Shown in pieces: positions 23,996 through 32,036 of a DNA stretch of 32,036 nucleotides. The notes under the pieces were generated by a model. The model worked only from the letters and a program-made list of their open reading frames with translations, made no database searches and was not told the DNA's origin. This DNA comes from Candidatus Pullichristensenella stercoripullorum (GTDB lineage: Bacteria; Bacillota; Clostridia; Christensenellales; Aristaeellaceae): contig DVGE01000003.1 of assembly GCA_018712885.1 (NCBI GenBank), forward strand, positions 1 to 32,036, in the 5' to 3' direction. Each line of letters starts with the position of its first letter. Within the stretch, counting starts at the first letter, position 1. Both the position numbers and the translations under genes were made by a program.

Positions 23996-24991
23996 TCAAC
24001 GCTTCGGTTCTTCCAGCGTCAGGTGCGGATATTTGTCCACCCAGCGGAGGTAATGATCAAAACTCTTTTGCAGATCAAATTGAGGCACAAAACCCGTGTC
24101 CTCCCGCATCCGCGTCATGTCAAACATTCCGTTGTCCTTGACGGCGTGGAAACGCACCGTGCTGTTTTCAAAATTCCCCACAGTAAAATCAAAGCCGTTA
24201 TAATGCCTTTTGAGCAGCTCGCACCACTGGCGGATCGACCAGCGATAGACGGAGCCGCAGTTGTATGCAAAGTGGCGGGGCGCAGCGGCCGTGAGGAGCG
24301 CGGCGACTGCAAGGCCGCAATCCTTGCCATATACCCAGCCCGTACACGCTTCCTTTGCCAGTATGACGCGCTCCCCGGTCAGCGCCGCCTTCACGCACTG
24401 ATAGGGCACGCTGAGCGTATCGCGCACGCCGGTGCGGTATTCCCAAGCGCCGAACACATCCCCAAGGCGGAGGGCGACGATATCCATTCCGTGCAGCTCG
24501 CGATAGCGCCTTACAAGATTTTCTGTCGCAAACTTGCTGAGCTCATAAGTCGTATGAGGGTTCTTAGGCGCCGACTCATAGACGGGATCGCAGTTCTGCG
24601 AGGCGTCTCCATATACTGCGACGGAGCTGACGTACACAAAGCGCTTGACATTATGCTCCCGAGCCGCCTCCAGCGTAGTGATGGTGCCCAACACATTGAC
24701 ACGGATCACCGAGGCCATATCCTCCGTCTCGCGCGCAAGGCCGGGCGTGATGGCTGCCGCATGCACCACATAATCGATCTTTTCTTCGCGCAACACGTCC
24801 AGCAGACGCTGCTTGTCGCTCACATCGCCCTTCGCCCACCGCAGCTCTCCCGGCAGAGTGGACAACTCCTGGGCCGCTTCCTGCGGCATGGGTCTGCGGG
24901 AATAGACGACGACTTTATTGCCCGTTTCCAGCAGCGCTTCCGCAATGTTGATTCCTACAAATCCCGAACCGCCCGTCAACAATACCTTCAT
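23996..24991 (-). CDS. NAD-dependent epimerase/dehydratase (extended SDR)
   Basis: The second ATG (24991) sits 8 nt after GGAGG; the ATG at 24997 is only 2 nt from it. Motifs: LLTGGSGFVG Rossmann motif and YELSK (YxxxK). Confidence 0.88.
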   Translation of the reverse strand: MKVLLTGGSGFVGINIAEALLETGNKVVVYSRRPMPQEAAQELSTLPGELRWAKGDVSDKQRLLDVLREEKIDYVVHAAAITPGLARETEDMASVIRVNVLGTITTLEAAREHNVKRFVYVSSVAVYGDASQNCDPVYESAPKNPHTTYELSKFATENLVRRYRELHGMDIVALRLGDVFGAWEYRTGVRDTLSVPYQCVKAALTGERVILAKEACTGWVYGKDCGLAVAALLTAAAPRHFAYNCGSVYRWSIRQWCELLKRHYNGFDFTVGNFENSTVRFHAVKDNGMFDMTRMREDTGFVPQFDLQKSFDHYLRWVDKYPHLTLEEPKR

Positions 24992-25011
24992 CTTCATTTC
25001 CTCCGACCGAT

Positions 25012-25716
25012 TCAGTCCTCATCGACAACCGCAAAGGCGCGAATCGGGGAACCGCTGCCGCCTTTGAGCTTCAAAGGCACGCCGTAGAATTCGAATTCGC
25101 CCCTGCCCAGCAGTTGATCGAGATTCACCAGCCATTCGAAATGGCTCAACCCCAAATCCCTGCAAGCGCGGTGGCTGGGGAACAGCTTGGTGTCCATCAC
25201 GTCCGTAGACGGGCCTTCGACGCCATGCATGATCGACCCGTGATCCTTCAGCCAGCGCACGACCTCCGGGGAAACCTCCGGATTCCTACGCAGCACCTCG
25301 TCGGTGGGGAAATATTTGTCATGTATACCATAATAAAATAAAACGATGTGCCCGTCAACCACGACGCCCGTCTTCTCCTGCGCGCGTTCCATGTCCTCAA
25401 CCGTGATCTTGCCGCGCTCGGGCACATGGCTCATGTCAAAGCAGACCGCCTTGCCAAAGAACAGCTCCAGGGGCATCTTATCGACGGTCAATCCGGTGGG
25501 CGACATATGGTAAAACGCGTCTACATGCGTGCCGATGTGCTCGATGATCGCCAGGTAGTTCCATGCCGAGGTGAAGGGATCGTCCGGCGTGCCGGTGCCC
25601 GACGCCTTGGTGTCTTCATGCGTCACCAGCGGCACATAAACGCTGCTTTGAAAATCCTTCTGGCATACCATGTTGTTTTTGATCTCCAGTGTCAAGTCAA
25701 TAACCTTTTTTGCCAT
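25012..25716 (-). CDS. putative cyclase / kynurenine-formamidase-like family protein
   Basis: HIGTHVDAFYH motif (HxGTHxDxPxH type) with downstream His/Glu-Asp region (IMHGVEGPSTD). The epimerase gene starts about 20 nt after its stop. Confidence 0.85.
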   Translation of the reverse strand: MAKKVIDLTLEIKNNMVCQKDFQSSVYVPLVTHEDTKASGTGTPDDPFTSAWNYLAIIEHIGTHVDAFYHMSPTGLTVDKMPLELFFGKAVCFDMSHVPERGKITVEDMERAQEKTGVVVDGHIVLFYYGIHDKYFPTDEVLRRNPEVSPEVVRWLKDHGSIMHGVEGPSTDVMDTKLFPSHRACRDLGLSHFEWLVNLDQLLGRGEFEFYGVPLKLKGGSGSPIRAFAVVDED

Positions 25717-25759
25717 ACCTTTTCAGAGCCTTTCTTGCTATTATAGATTTTTTCATCGT

Positions 25760-25791
25760 GCGGGAGCCGCCGCCTTTCCGGCGGCTCCCGC
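25760..25791 (-). terminator. 13-bp perfect GC hairpin between the binding-protein and cyclase genes (partial terminator or mRNA stabiliser)
   Basis: GCGGGAGCCGCCG-CCTTTC-CGGCGGCTCCCGC. The T-run (GATTTTG) is on the + strand only, so function on the minus-strand transcript is uncertain. Confidence 0.4.
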
Positions 25792-25807
25792 GATTTTGAT
25801 GCCGTGA

Positions 25808-26785
25808 TTACTGCTCAATGACTTCTTCGGGGTTGAGCACATTCTGGATTTCCGGCTGATCGATGTTTTCCGCAGTAACATAGGTTACCGGAACCGAAAT
25901 CTGTTTTTCTACCTCTTCGCCCTGAATGACTTTGATCGCGTTCTCCGTCGCAGTGTAGCCAATCAGGAACGGATTCTGGGCAACCGCGCCCGTAATGATG
26001 CCTTCGCGAATGGAATCATGCATGTCCGCATTGGGATCGAAAGCGATGAACGTCAGCGCGCCGCCTTCTTCCTCCACGCCAAGCAGCGCGCCCGCGGAAG
26101 AACCCTCGTTGCAGGAGAACACAGCTTTAAGATCCGGGTTCGCAATCAGAAGATCCTGGAGGATGTTGTGGGTCTTGAAGCGATCGCCGTCGCCATAGAA
26201 CGGGCCAAGAATCTCATAGTTGGAGTTGCCATTCTCCGTAATCTTGTCGATAAAGCCCTGCGCGCGCCCGCCTTCCTGAACGGCGCCGGCCACGGCGGAA
26301 ATCACAGCGATCTTGCCGCCCTCTTCGCCCAACAGTTCAATCATCTTTTCACCCGCGAACATGCCGCCCGCATGATCGTCGGTGCTGACAGTGGAATAGG
26401 GGAAATCCGCATTGAGCTTGCCATCCATGATGATCACCGGAATGCCGTATTCCTCCTGCGCGGACTGCAGGACGGGGATCATGCCGTCGGGATCGACAGG
26501 GCTGATGACGATAGCGGCTACGCCGCGCTGAATGAAGTCCTCAACCAGCTTGATCTGGCCTTCCAAGTCCGTATCCGAAGCAGTCCCCTGAAAGTCGATG
26601 GTGTAGCCGTAATCGAGCCCCGCCTGCTGCGTGCCAATGCGCACATACTGCCAGTAGTCGTACAAGAGGGACTTGGGGATTACGGCGATCACCTGTTCGT
26701 CGGTCTGTTCCTCCGCCTGCGCGACAGCCGCGAACGAGCACAGCGCCAGGCACACGATCAGCGTCAGAGCCAACAGTTTCTTCAT
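25808..26785 (-). CDS. sugar ABC transporter substrate-binding protein (RbsB-like, CUT2 type)
   Basis: ATG at 26785 after GGAGGAG. Signal peptide MKKLLALTLIVCLALCSFAAVAQA. Periplasmic-binding fold motifs resemble ribose-binding proteins (VIAVIPKSL..., ISPVDPDG, IPVIIMD). Confidence 0.88.
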   Translation of the reverse strand: MKKLLALTLIVCLALCSFAAVAQAEEQTDEQVIAVIPKSLLYDYWQYVRIGTQQAGLDYGYTIDFQGTASDTDLEGQIKLVEDFIQRGVAAIVISPVDPDGMIPVLQSAQEEYGIPVIIMDGKLNADFPYSTVSTDDHAGGMFAGEKMIELLGEEGGKIAVISAVAGAVQEGGRAQGFIDKITENGNSNYEILGPFYGDGDRFKTHNILQDLLIANPDLKAVFSCNEGSSAGALLGVEEEGGALTFIAFDPNADMHDSIREGIITGAVAQNPFLIGYTATENAIKVIQGEEVEKQISVPVTYVTAENIDQPEIQNVLNPEEVIEQ

Positions 26786-26886
26786 TGTTCTCTTCTCCTC
26801 CCGATTCTTGTTCACTATTTTCACAAGCTCCGCGACCAGCCGCCCTTGGGCCCCAAGGCAGCCGGTCGGCGAGCGCATGAGCCGCT

Positions 26887-27858
26887 TTAGCGTCGCTTGC
26901 TGCGGATGGAGTCCAGATAGACCGCGCCGATGATGACGATGCCAATGGCGATCCGCTGGTAGTAGTAGTTGATGCTCAACATGTTCAGGCCGTTGCTGAG
27001 GATGCCCATGATGAGCGCGCCCAACACCGTTCCTACGATGCTTCCCTGACCGCCGGCCATGCTGGTGCCGCCGATCACAGTGGCTGCAATCGCGTCCGTT
27101 TCGTAATTCTCACCTGCGTTTGGCTGACCCGAAATCACGCGCGAGGCGTAGATGATGCCCGCGACCGCCGCAAACGCGCTGCAAAGCATGTACATGCACT
27201 GCTTGATCTTCACCACGTCCACGCCCGACAGGTAGGCCGTGTTCTCATTGCTGCCCACGGCGAATACATGACGGCCGAATTTCGACTTGTGCAGCGTGAT
27301 ATAGGCGATCACGGCAAAGAAGAGCATGAACAGCACCGGCAGAGGGATCACATCCGCCAGCTTCCCGCCGCCAAAGATGTGGAATTCGTCGGGCAGCTGG
27401 GTGATTGGCACACCGTTGCAGATGATATAGACGATACCTCGGGCGATGCTCTGCATGCCCAACGTGACGATGAAGGGCGCGATGGTCGTGCGCGAGATGA
27501 TGAAGCCGTTGACCACGCCAAAGCACACGGCGATCAGCAGCGCCAGCACGATCGCCAGCGCCATGTGCATGCCTCCGGCCATAAAACTGGCCGCAGTGAT
27601 GCTGGAAATGGCCATAACCGAACCGACAGACAGGTCGATTCCGCCGCCGGTGATGACGACCGTCATACCCAGCGCGACCGTGGCGGAGATTGAGCTTTGC
27701 AGAAGAATATTCAGCAAGTTCCTCTGCGAAAGGAAGTTGTTCGCCTGGATTGAGAAAAATGCCATTAGTATGATCAGTCCAAGCAAAATGCCGGATTTGT
27801 TCTGGATTGCCTTGAACGCTTTTTTGCTGCGGAGTTCTTTGAGCCTGCTGCCTTCCAA
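26887..27858 (-). CDS. sugar ABC transporter permease (RbsC-like)
   Basis: TTG start after GGAGG with an 8-nt spacer, 13 nt after the ATPase stop. About 9-10 hydrophobic segments and the characteristic TGGGIDLSVGSV motif. Confidence 0.9.
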   Translation of the reverse strand: MEGSRLKELRSKKAFKAIQNKSGILLGLIILMAFFSIQANNFLSQRNLLNILLQSSISATVALGMTVVITGGGIDLSVGSVMAISSITAASFMAGGMHMALAIVLALLIAVCFGVVNGFIISRTTIAPFIVTLGMQSIARGIVYIICNGVPITQLPDEFHIFGGGKLADVIPLPVLFMLFFAVIAYITLHKSKFGRHVFAVGSNENTAYLSGVDVVKIKQCMYMLCSAFAAVAGIIYASRVISGQPNAGENYETDAIAATVIGGTSMAGGQGSIVGTVLGALIMGILSNGLNMLSINYYYQRIAIGIVIIGAVYLDSIRSKRR

Positions 27859-27871
27859 GTCCTGCGCCTCC

Positions 27872-29380
27872 TCACCTTGCCGAGTAACTGTAGATCATTT
27901 CCTGCGTCAGATTGTCTTCGTCAGTATCCATGTCTCCCACCAGCCTGCCCTTGTTCATGATCAGCACCCTGTGGCTCACGCCGATGATTTCTGGCAGTTC
28001 TGAGGAGATAAAGATCACGCACACGCCTTTGGCCACCAGTTGATGAATGAGATGGTAAATTTCAATTTTTGCGCCGATGTCAATGCCGCGCGTGGGTTCG
28101 TCCATGATGAGCACGTCCACATCCGCGCACAGCCACTTGGCCAGAACGACTTTCTGCTGGTTCCCACCGCTGAGGTATTTCACGGTTTGGTGCCTGTTCG
28201 TCGCGCGCACGTGCAGGCGTTCCATCTGTTCGTCGGTCGCGCGCGCGGCCGCGCGTTCGCGAACCAGCCCAATGCGGTCGATGAATTTATCGTAGCTGGA
28301 AAGGACAACATTGTCCTGGATATCCAGATTGAGCATCAGGCCGTCCTTTTTGCGATCTTCCGTGGCGTAGCCCAACCTGTTGCGAATGGATCTGCTGGGC
28401 GAGCGCCTTTTTAGTGACACGCCGTTGACGACGACTTCGCCGCTGTCCGCAGGCAGTTTCCCGAAAATCGCGTGGGCGAGTTCCGTTCTGCCCGAGCCCA
28501 TCAGCCCCGCAATCGCCAGTATTTCGCCGCTGTACGCCGTAAAGCTGATATCGTGCAGCACACCCTTGATAGAAAGATTTTTGACCTCCAGCATCGGCTT
28601 GATGCGCTTGTGTTCCGGCTTGGGCGGGAAGTAAGCCGTTAGTTCACGGCCGACGATCTCCTTGGTCAGCTGTTCTTCCGTCGTTTCACACAACCGGTGC
28701 GAGGCGATGAACCTGCCGTCGCGCAGGACGGTCGTCCGATCCACGATCCTGCGGATGTCGCTCATGCGGTGCGACACCAGCACGATAGCCACACCCTGTT
28801 CTTTGAGCGAATTGATCACGCGGAAGAGTATCTCCGTCTCTTTTTCGGCGAGCGCCGCCGTCGGCTCGTCGAGGATCAGCAGCCGACAGTCATAAGAGAG
28901 GGATTTGGCGATCTCCACGAGCTGCTGTTCCGCAACGCTCAGACGCGAAACGCGCTCTTCCACGTCGATGTCGATTTCGAGCTTGCGCATGATCTCCCGT
29001 GCCTTGCGCGTGAGCAACTTTTCGTTGACGATGCCCAGCTTTTTCAGCGGCTCGCGCGCAATGAAGAGATTCTGCGCCACATTAAGCTCCGGCAGCAGGT
29101 TGAATTCCTGATGCACGATGCCAATGCTCTTTCCGTAGATGTCCGCAGGGCGGTGAATCGCCAGAGGCCGCCCCATATAGACGATCTCTCCCGCGTCCGC
29201 CTTCTCGACGCCGGTGATGATCTTGATGAGCGTCGATTTACCCGCGCCGTTCTCACCCATCAGGGCGAGCACTTCTCCCGCGCGGACATCCATGCACACA
29301 TCGTCCAGCACCTTAACGCCCGAATAAGTCTTGGTGATGTTTTTTGCACTGAGGATGATCCTGTTCTGTTCAAGCTCCAA
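27872..29380 (-). CDS. sugar ABC transporter ATP-binding protein (two fused ABC domains)
   Basis: TTG start at 29380 after AGGGAGGG with a 6-nt spacer. Motifs: Walker A GENGAGKST, signatures LSVAEQQ and LSGGNQQK, Walker B LLILDEPT and VLIMDEPT. The upstream extension in the track ORF overlaps the SDR gene and was rejected. Confidence 0.9.
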   Translation of the reverse strand: MELEQNRIILSAKNITKTYSGVKVLDDVCMDVRAGEVLALMGENGAGKSTLIKIITGVEKADAGEIVYMGRPLAIHRPADIYGKSIGIVHQEFNLLPELNVAQNLFIAREPLKKLGIVNEKLLTRKAREIMRKLEIDIDVEERVSRLSVAEQQLVEIAKSLSYDCRLLILDEPTAALAEKETEILFRVINSLKEQGVAIVLVSHRMSDIRRIVDRTTVLRDGRFIASHRLCETTEEQLTKEIVGRELTAYFPPKPEHKRIKPMLEVKNLSIKGVLHDISFTAYSGEILAIAGLMGSGRTELAHAIFGKLPADSGEVVVNGVSLKRRSPSRSIRNRLGYATEDRKKDGLMLNLDIQDNVVLSSYDKFIDRIGLVRERAAARATDEQMERLHVRATNRHQTVKYLSGGNQQKVVLAKWLCADVDVLIMDEPTRGIDIGAKIEIYHLIHQLVAKGVCVIFISSELPEIIGVSHRVLIMNKGRLVGDMDTDEDNLTQEMIYSYSAR

Positions 29381-29406
29381 TACGATCCCTCCCTTGAACG
29401 CGCCGA

Positions 29407-30165
29407 TCAGAGCATGACGTCGCCGGAATTGGGGCCGAGCGTCTGACCTGTGTACAAGTCGCCGTCCGGCTCGCTGGCGAGGAAAATGGCTGAGGGAACG
29501 ACCTCGTCGATCCTTCCAAAGCGCGGCAGCGCCAAGTCCGCTTTCTTTCGCACGCGCCATTCCTCGCTGACGCTGTCCATCATCTGCGTGTCGATCGGCC
29601 CTGGGGCGATACAGTTGCAGGTGATGCCGTACTTGCCCAGATCCCATGCCAGCGCCTTGGTCATACCGATGACGCCCGCTTTCGCCGCCGCGTAGTGGCA
29701 ATGATCCGTGCCGCCTTTCTGCGCGATCTGCGAGGATATGTTGATGATGCGACCGCTGCGCTGCTGAATCATGTAGGGCACAAAGTACTTGCAGGTCAAA
29801 AACTGGCTGCGCAGGTTCACCGCCATCATACGATCCCAGTCCGCCGACGTCATTTGCGTAATGGGCATCGGGTCTGTGATGCCCGCGTTGTTGAGCAATA
29901 TGTCGACGCGACCGAATTCACGCATCGTATTCTCCGCCAATTGCTTTACGACGTTCTCCTCTGAGATATCTCCCGGCGTCACCACGACGCGCACGCCGCA
30001 GGCCTCCAGTTCCCGCACAAAGCCGGCGACGCGCTCCGCATCTTCACCATAGATGTTGAGCGACAAATTGCAGCCTTCTTTTGCGAAGCCTTCAGGGAAT
30101 CCTCTGCTCATGCCTCTTCCAGATCCTGCGCCTGTAATCACCGCCACTTTGCCTTTTAGTTTCAT
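29407..30165 (-). CDS. classical SDR-family oxidoreductase (FabG-like)
   Basis: ATG after GGAGG. Motifs: TGAGSGRG cofactor motif, NNAG, YAAAKAG (YxxxK) and PGPIDT. Confidence 0.9.
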   Translation of the reverse strand: MKLKGKVAVITGAGSGRGMSRGFPEGFAKEGCNLSLNIYGEDAERVAGFVRELEACGVRVVVTPGDISEENVVKQLAENTMREFGRVDILLNNAGITDPMPITQMTSADWDRMMAVNLRSQFLTCKYFVPYMIQQRSGRIINISSQIAQKGGTDHCHYAAAKAGVIGMTKALAWDLGKYGITCNCIAPGPIDTQMMDSVSEEWRVRKKADLALPRFGRIDEVVPSAIFLASEPDGDLYTGQTLGPNSGDVML

Positions 30166-30244
30166 CGTTTCGCCTCCGGTTTCTCCCGCTTTGATGATCT
30201 GTCATGCATCATTTACACGAATCATCATTGATGAGCTTGATAGA

Positions 30245-30273
30245 ATAATAGCATATATATTTTCTCTTGTCAA
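30245..30273 (-). promoter_or_regulatory. candidate promoter of the SDR/ABC operon inside a ~20% G+C block
   Basis: The minus strand reads TTGACA (30273-30268), 17-nt spacer, TATTAT (30250-30245), about 80 nt upstream of the SDR ATG. Confidence 0.5.
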
Positions 30274-30361
30274 TATATATTTTGACCAAATAATCATTTA
30301 TTCAGAATACAAATTATATTATATGTCCTATTTTTTACAATTATCTATACAGTATATGGAT

Positions 30362-30982
30362 TTACCACTCTTCTATAATGAGTTGTATAGTGGTGTGAAC
30401 GCCTTCTATCTCTTCCACAAAGGTGATGACGAATAAAAAAGACGCGGAAGTAAAGCTTGCTCTAGCGTTGGGGGATCTCAATGCTGCGGACGCGCCCCGC
30501 CATTCAGCGAGACGGCGTTCCTCCCGCTGAGAAAATGTCATCGCAATGCCGCCGTCGCCGAGCGCCTCCTCCATGCCGACAAGGGCGTCTGTTCTACCAC
30601 GGCGTGTATACTTCCACAAATTGGAACCGTAGAAAACAACGATCTGCTCGCCCTGATAGAGCGCGATATCGCTGGAGCGCGCGGCGGTCTGTCTGCCTTC
30701 GGCGGGCAGAACCGCTTCCAAGGCGCCGACCTTTTCAAAGCCGCCGTAATCGCGCGTTTCGACGGTCAGCGGCGTTGCCTGCGCGTCCGCCGCAGCGTTT
30801 TCTTCCAGCTTCACAGCAAAATTCCCGTCGCCGATCTGCACGTTTATTTTCATCGCCGCCCCTTCGTTTCCTCTACCCGCCGTGCGCGGCGCTTTCCTCA
30901 GACTGACGTCCGCCGATGCACCATTGGACGGCAACGCCGCGAGCAAAAGACCGATCAGCGTATAAAGACACCTGCCGCGCAC
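30362..30982 (-). CDS. cyclophilin-like fold protein with signal peptide; C-terminus probably extended by read-through
   Basis: GTG at 30982 after GAAAGGAAG gives MRGRCLYTLIGLLLAALPSNGASA. The core MKINVQIGDGNFAVKLEEN...DIALYQGEQIVVFYGSNLWKYTRRGRTDALVGMEEALGDGGIAMTF resembles secreted cyclophilin-like proteins that normally end at ...VTF. Here about 55 extra codons run into the AT-rich block. Confidence 0.55.
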   Translation of the reverse strand: MRGRCLYTLIGLLLAALPSNGASADVSLRKAPRTAGRGNEGAAMKINVQIGDGNFAVKLEENAAADAQATPLTVETRDYGGFEKVGALEAVLPAEGRQTAARSSDIALYQGEQIVVFYGSNLWKYTRRGRTDALVGMEEALGDGGIAMTFSQREERRLAEWRGASAALRSPNARASFTSASFLFVITFVEEIEGVHTTIQLIIEEW

Positions 30983-31567
30983 GCTTTTCTTCCTTTCGAT
31001 TTTTTGAAGTGCCGGGAAGTCCGGCCCTCTCCCCGTCTTCCATGCGCAGATCGCCTTCGAGGGCTGGCCGCGAGCGCATACCGTGTCGTTCGCGCCCTCA
31101 ATATCGCGATGCCTGCGCCTACGGCCGGCATGCTGCCGCGCAACGGATCTTTGACGCCCGCCGCTGGAGAGGTGATAGTTGCGTCCACTTCGGAGCGCTC
31201 GAATGTCAGTCAGGTCGGCGTCGATCATTCCGCAGTTGATGAGTTTCAGGCCCTTGCAGTAGCACAGCGGCTGCGTGCCGATGATTTTGCAGTTCCAAAC
31301 GTCACGTTTTATCGGTGAAATCGCTGGCTCCCACAAAAGCGTCTAAGGGTGTCGGCATAGTTGGCGCGCGTCCGCGGCCGCGCCCTTGACCTGCACGTCT
31401 TCCCAGGCGAGGATGGCGGTGAGATAGAGGTGAAAACCCGGTTCGACAAAGCAGGCTCCCATGTCCTCAGTGAACGACATGCGGCCAGGAGCGTTTCCCT
31501 CTTCCAACTGGTACAGTACGCGGGTCAAAATGGCATCGATTTTGACAGTGAAATCCTGCCGGGGCGC

Positions 31568-31768
31568 TTTCGCACGACCGTGCTGACGGACTTATACGAC
31601 GCGACCAAGGACATCAAGCAGGCACAGGCGGCGGCAGGACATACCACGGCGGCAATGACCTTGAAGCATTATGTAAAAGGCCGGCAAGAGCGCTCAAACA
31701 CCGCCCTGCCCATCGCCGCGGCCTACGGGCTGAACCCTGACGGGAAAACTGATTTTGGAGAACTCTGA
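31568..31768 (+). pseudogene. tyrosine recombinase 3'-terminal stub (last ~67 codons)
   Basis: RFRTTVLTDLYDATKDIKQAQAAAGHTTAAMTLKHYVKGRQ... is homologous to 19551-19751. Sequence upstream of 31568 is unrelated and is better read on the opposite strand. Confidence 0.7.
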
Positions 31769-31910
31769 AATCGCCTGCGGCACAGGGCTTTTGAAGGGAT
31801 CAAAGGGCGAAAAAACTGACGGAAAAACTGACAACCCCCGCCCCGGAAGGATGGAGGTCGACAAAAACGCAGGATGGAGCGCCCATTCTTGCGAAACCCA
31901 CCCCCAAACC

Positions 31911-31939
31911 ACAAAAAAACCAGCCATTTCTGACTGGTT
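31911..31939 (-). terminator. tRNA-Thr terminator
   Basis: The minus-strand RNA folds as AACCAGUCA-GAAA-UGGCUGGUU, with one G-U pair that is a mismatch on the + strand, followed by U7. It is duplicated at about 19892-19920. Confidence 0.6.
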
Positions 31940-31941
31940 TC

Positions 31942-32017
<76 letters not shown>

Positions 32018-32036
32018 ATGCTTTGCGGCACGAGAG

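Noticed and set aside
29381-29701. N-terminal 107-aa extension of the ABC ATPase ORF (track 27872..29701)
   Set aside because: The extension overlaps the 3' end of the SDR gene in another frame and is Arg/Gly-rich. A TTG with AGGGAGGG at the right spacing (29380) gives a normal-length two-domain ABC ATPase.
30053-30436. 127-aa plus-strand ORF
   Set aside because: The first half is antisense to the SDR start. The second half is translation of the ~20% G+C promoter block (Ile/Tyr/Phe/Leu-rich), so it is a composition artefact.

Overview
High-G+C DNA (sampled 60-nt lines are about 70% G+C in the left two-thirds). GGAGG-type ribosome-binding sites and the gene content suggest a chromosome of an anaerobic Clostridia-like Firmicute; that assignment is inference only. 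Left part (1-19.1 kb): the 3' end of a multidomain flavodiiron/rubredoxin gene, a secreted protein with two PPC-like repeats, a ~550-bp array of nested inverted and direct repeats, tRNA-Arg(CCU), and a 2-hydroxyacid dehydrogenase. These are followed by a phospholipase-C-like/GT2 gene pair, then a glycan-utilisation block. That block holds GH2, a secreted GH3, a domain-permuted membrane-anchored GH3 coupled to a 4-TM protein, a LytTR/AgrC-like two-component system and a GPH symporter. Right part (19.3-32 kb): a decayed integrative island at tRNA-Thr(GGU), bracketed by ~422-bp imperfect direct repeats 12,017 bp apart. Each repeat carries an integrase 3' end, tandem arm-like repeats, the tRNA terminator and the tRNA 3' half. 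The island carries a frameshifted RelE/ParE toxin, a truncated IS1182-like transposase and a nine-gene minus-strand cluster. The cluster comprises an SDR, a CUT2 sugar ABC importer, a cyclase-family protein, an epimerase, an FmdA-like amidase, an FCD regulator and a KDG-kinase-like gene. I cannot match this combination to a described pathway. A ~20% G+C promoter block and further gene remnants complete the island. No CRISPR array, rRNA or intact mobile element is present. The many long antisense ORFs in the track are GC-composition artefacts. All domain calls come from motif recognition by eye; no database search was run.
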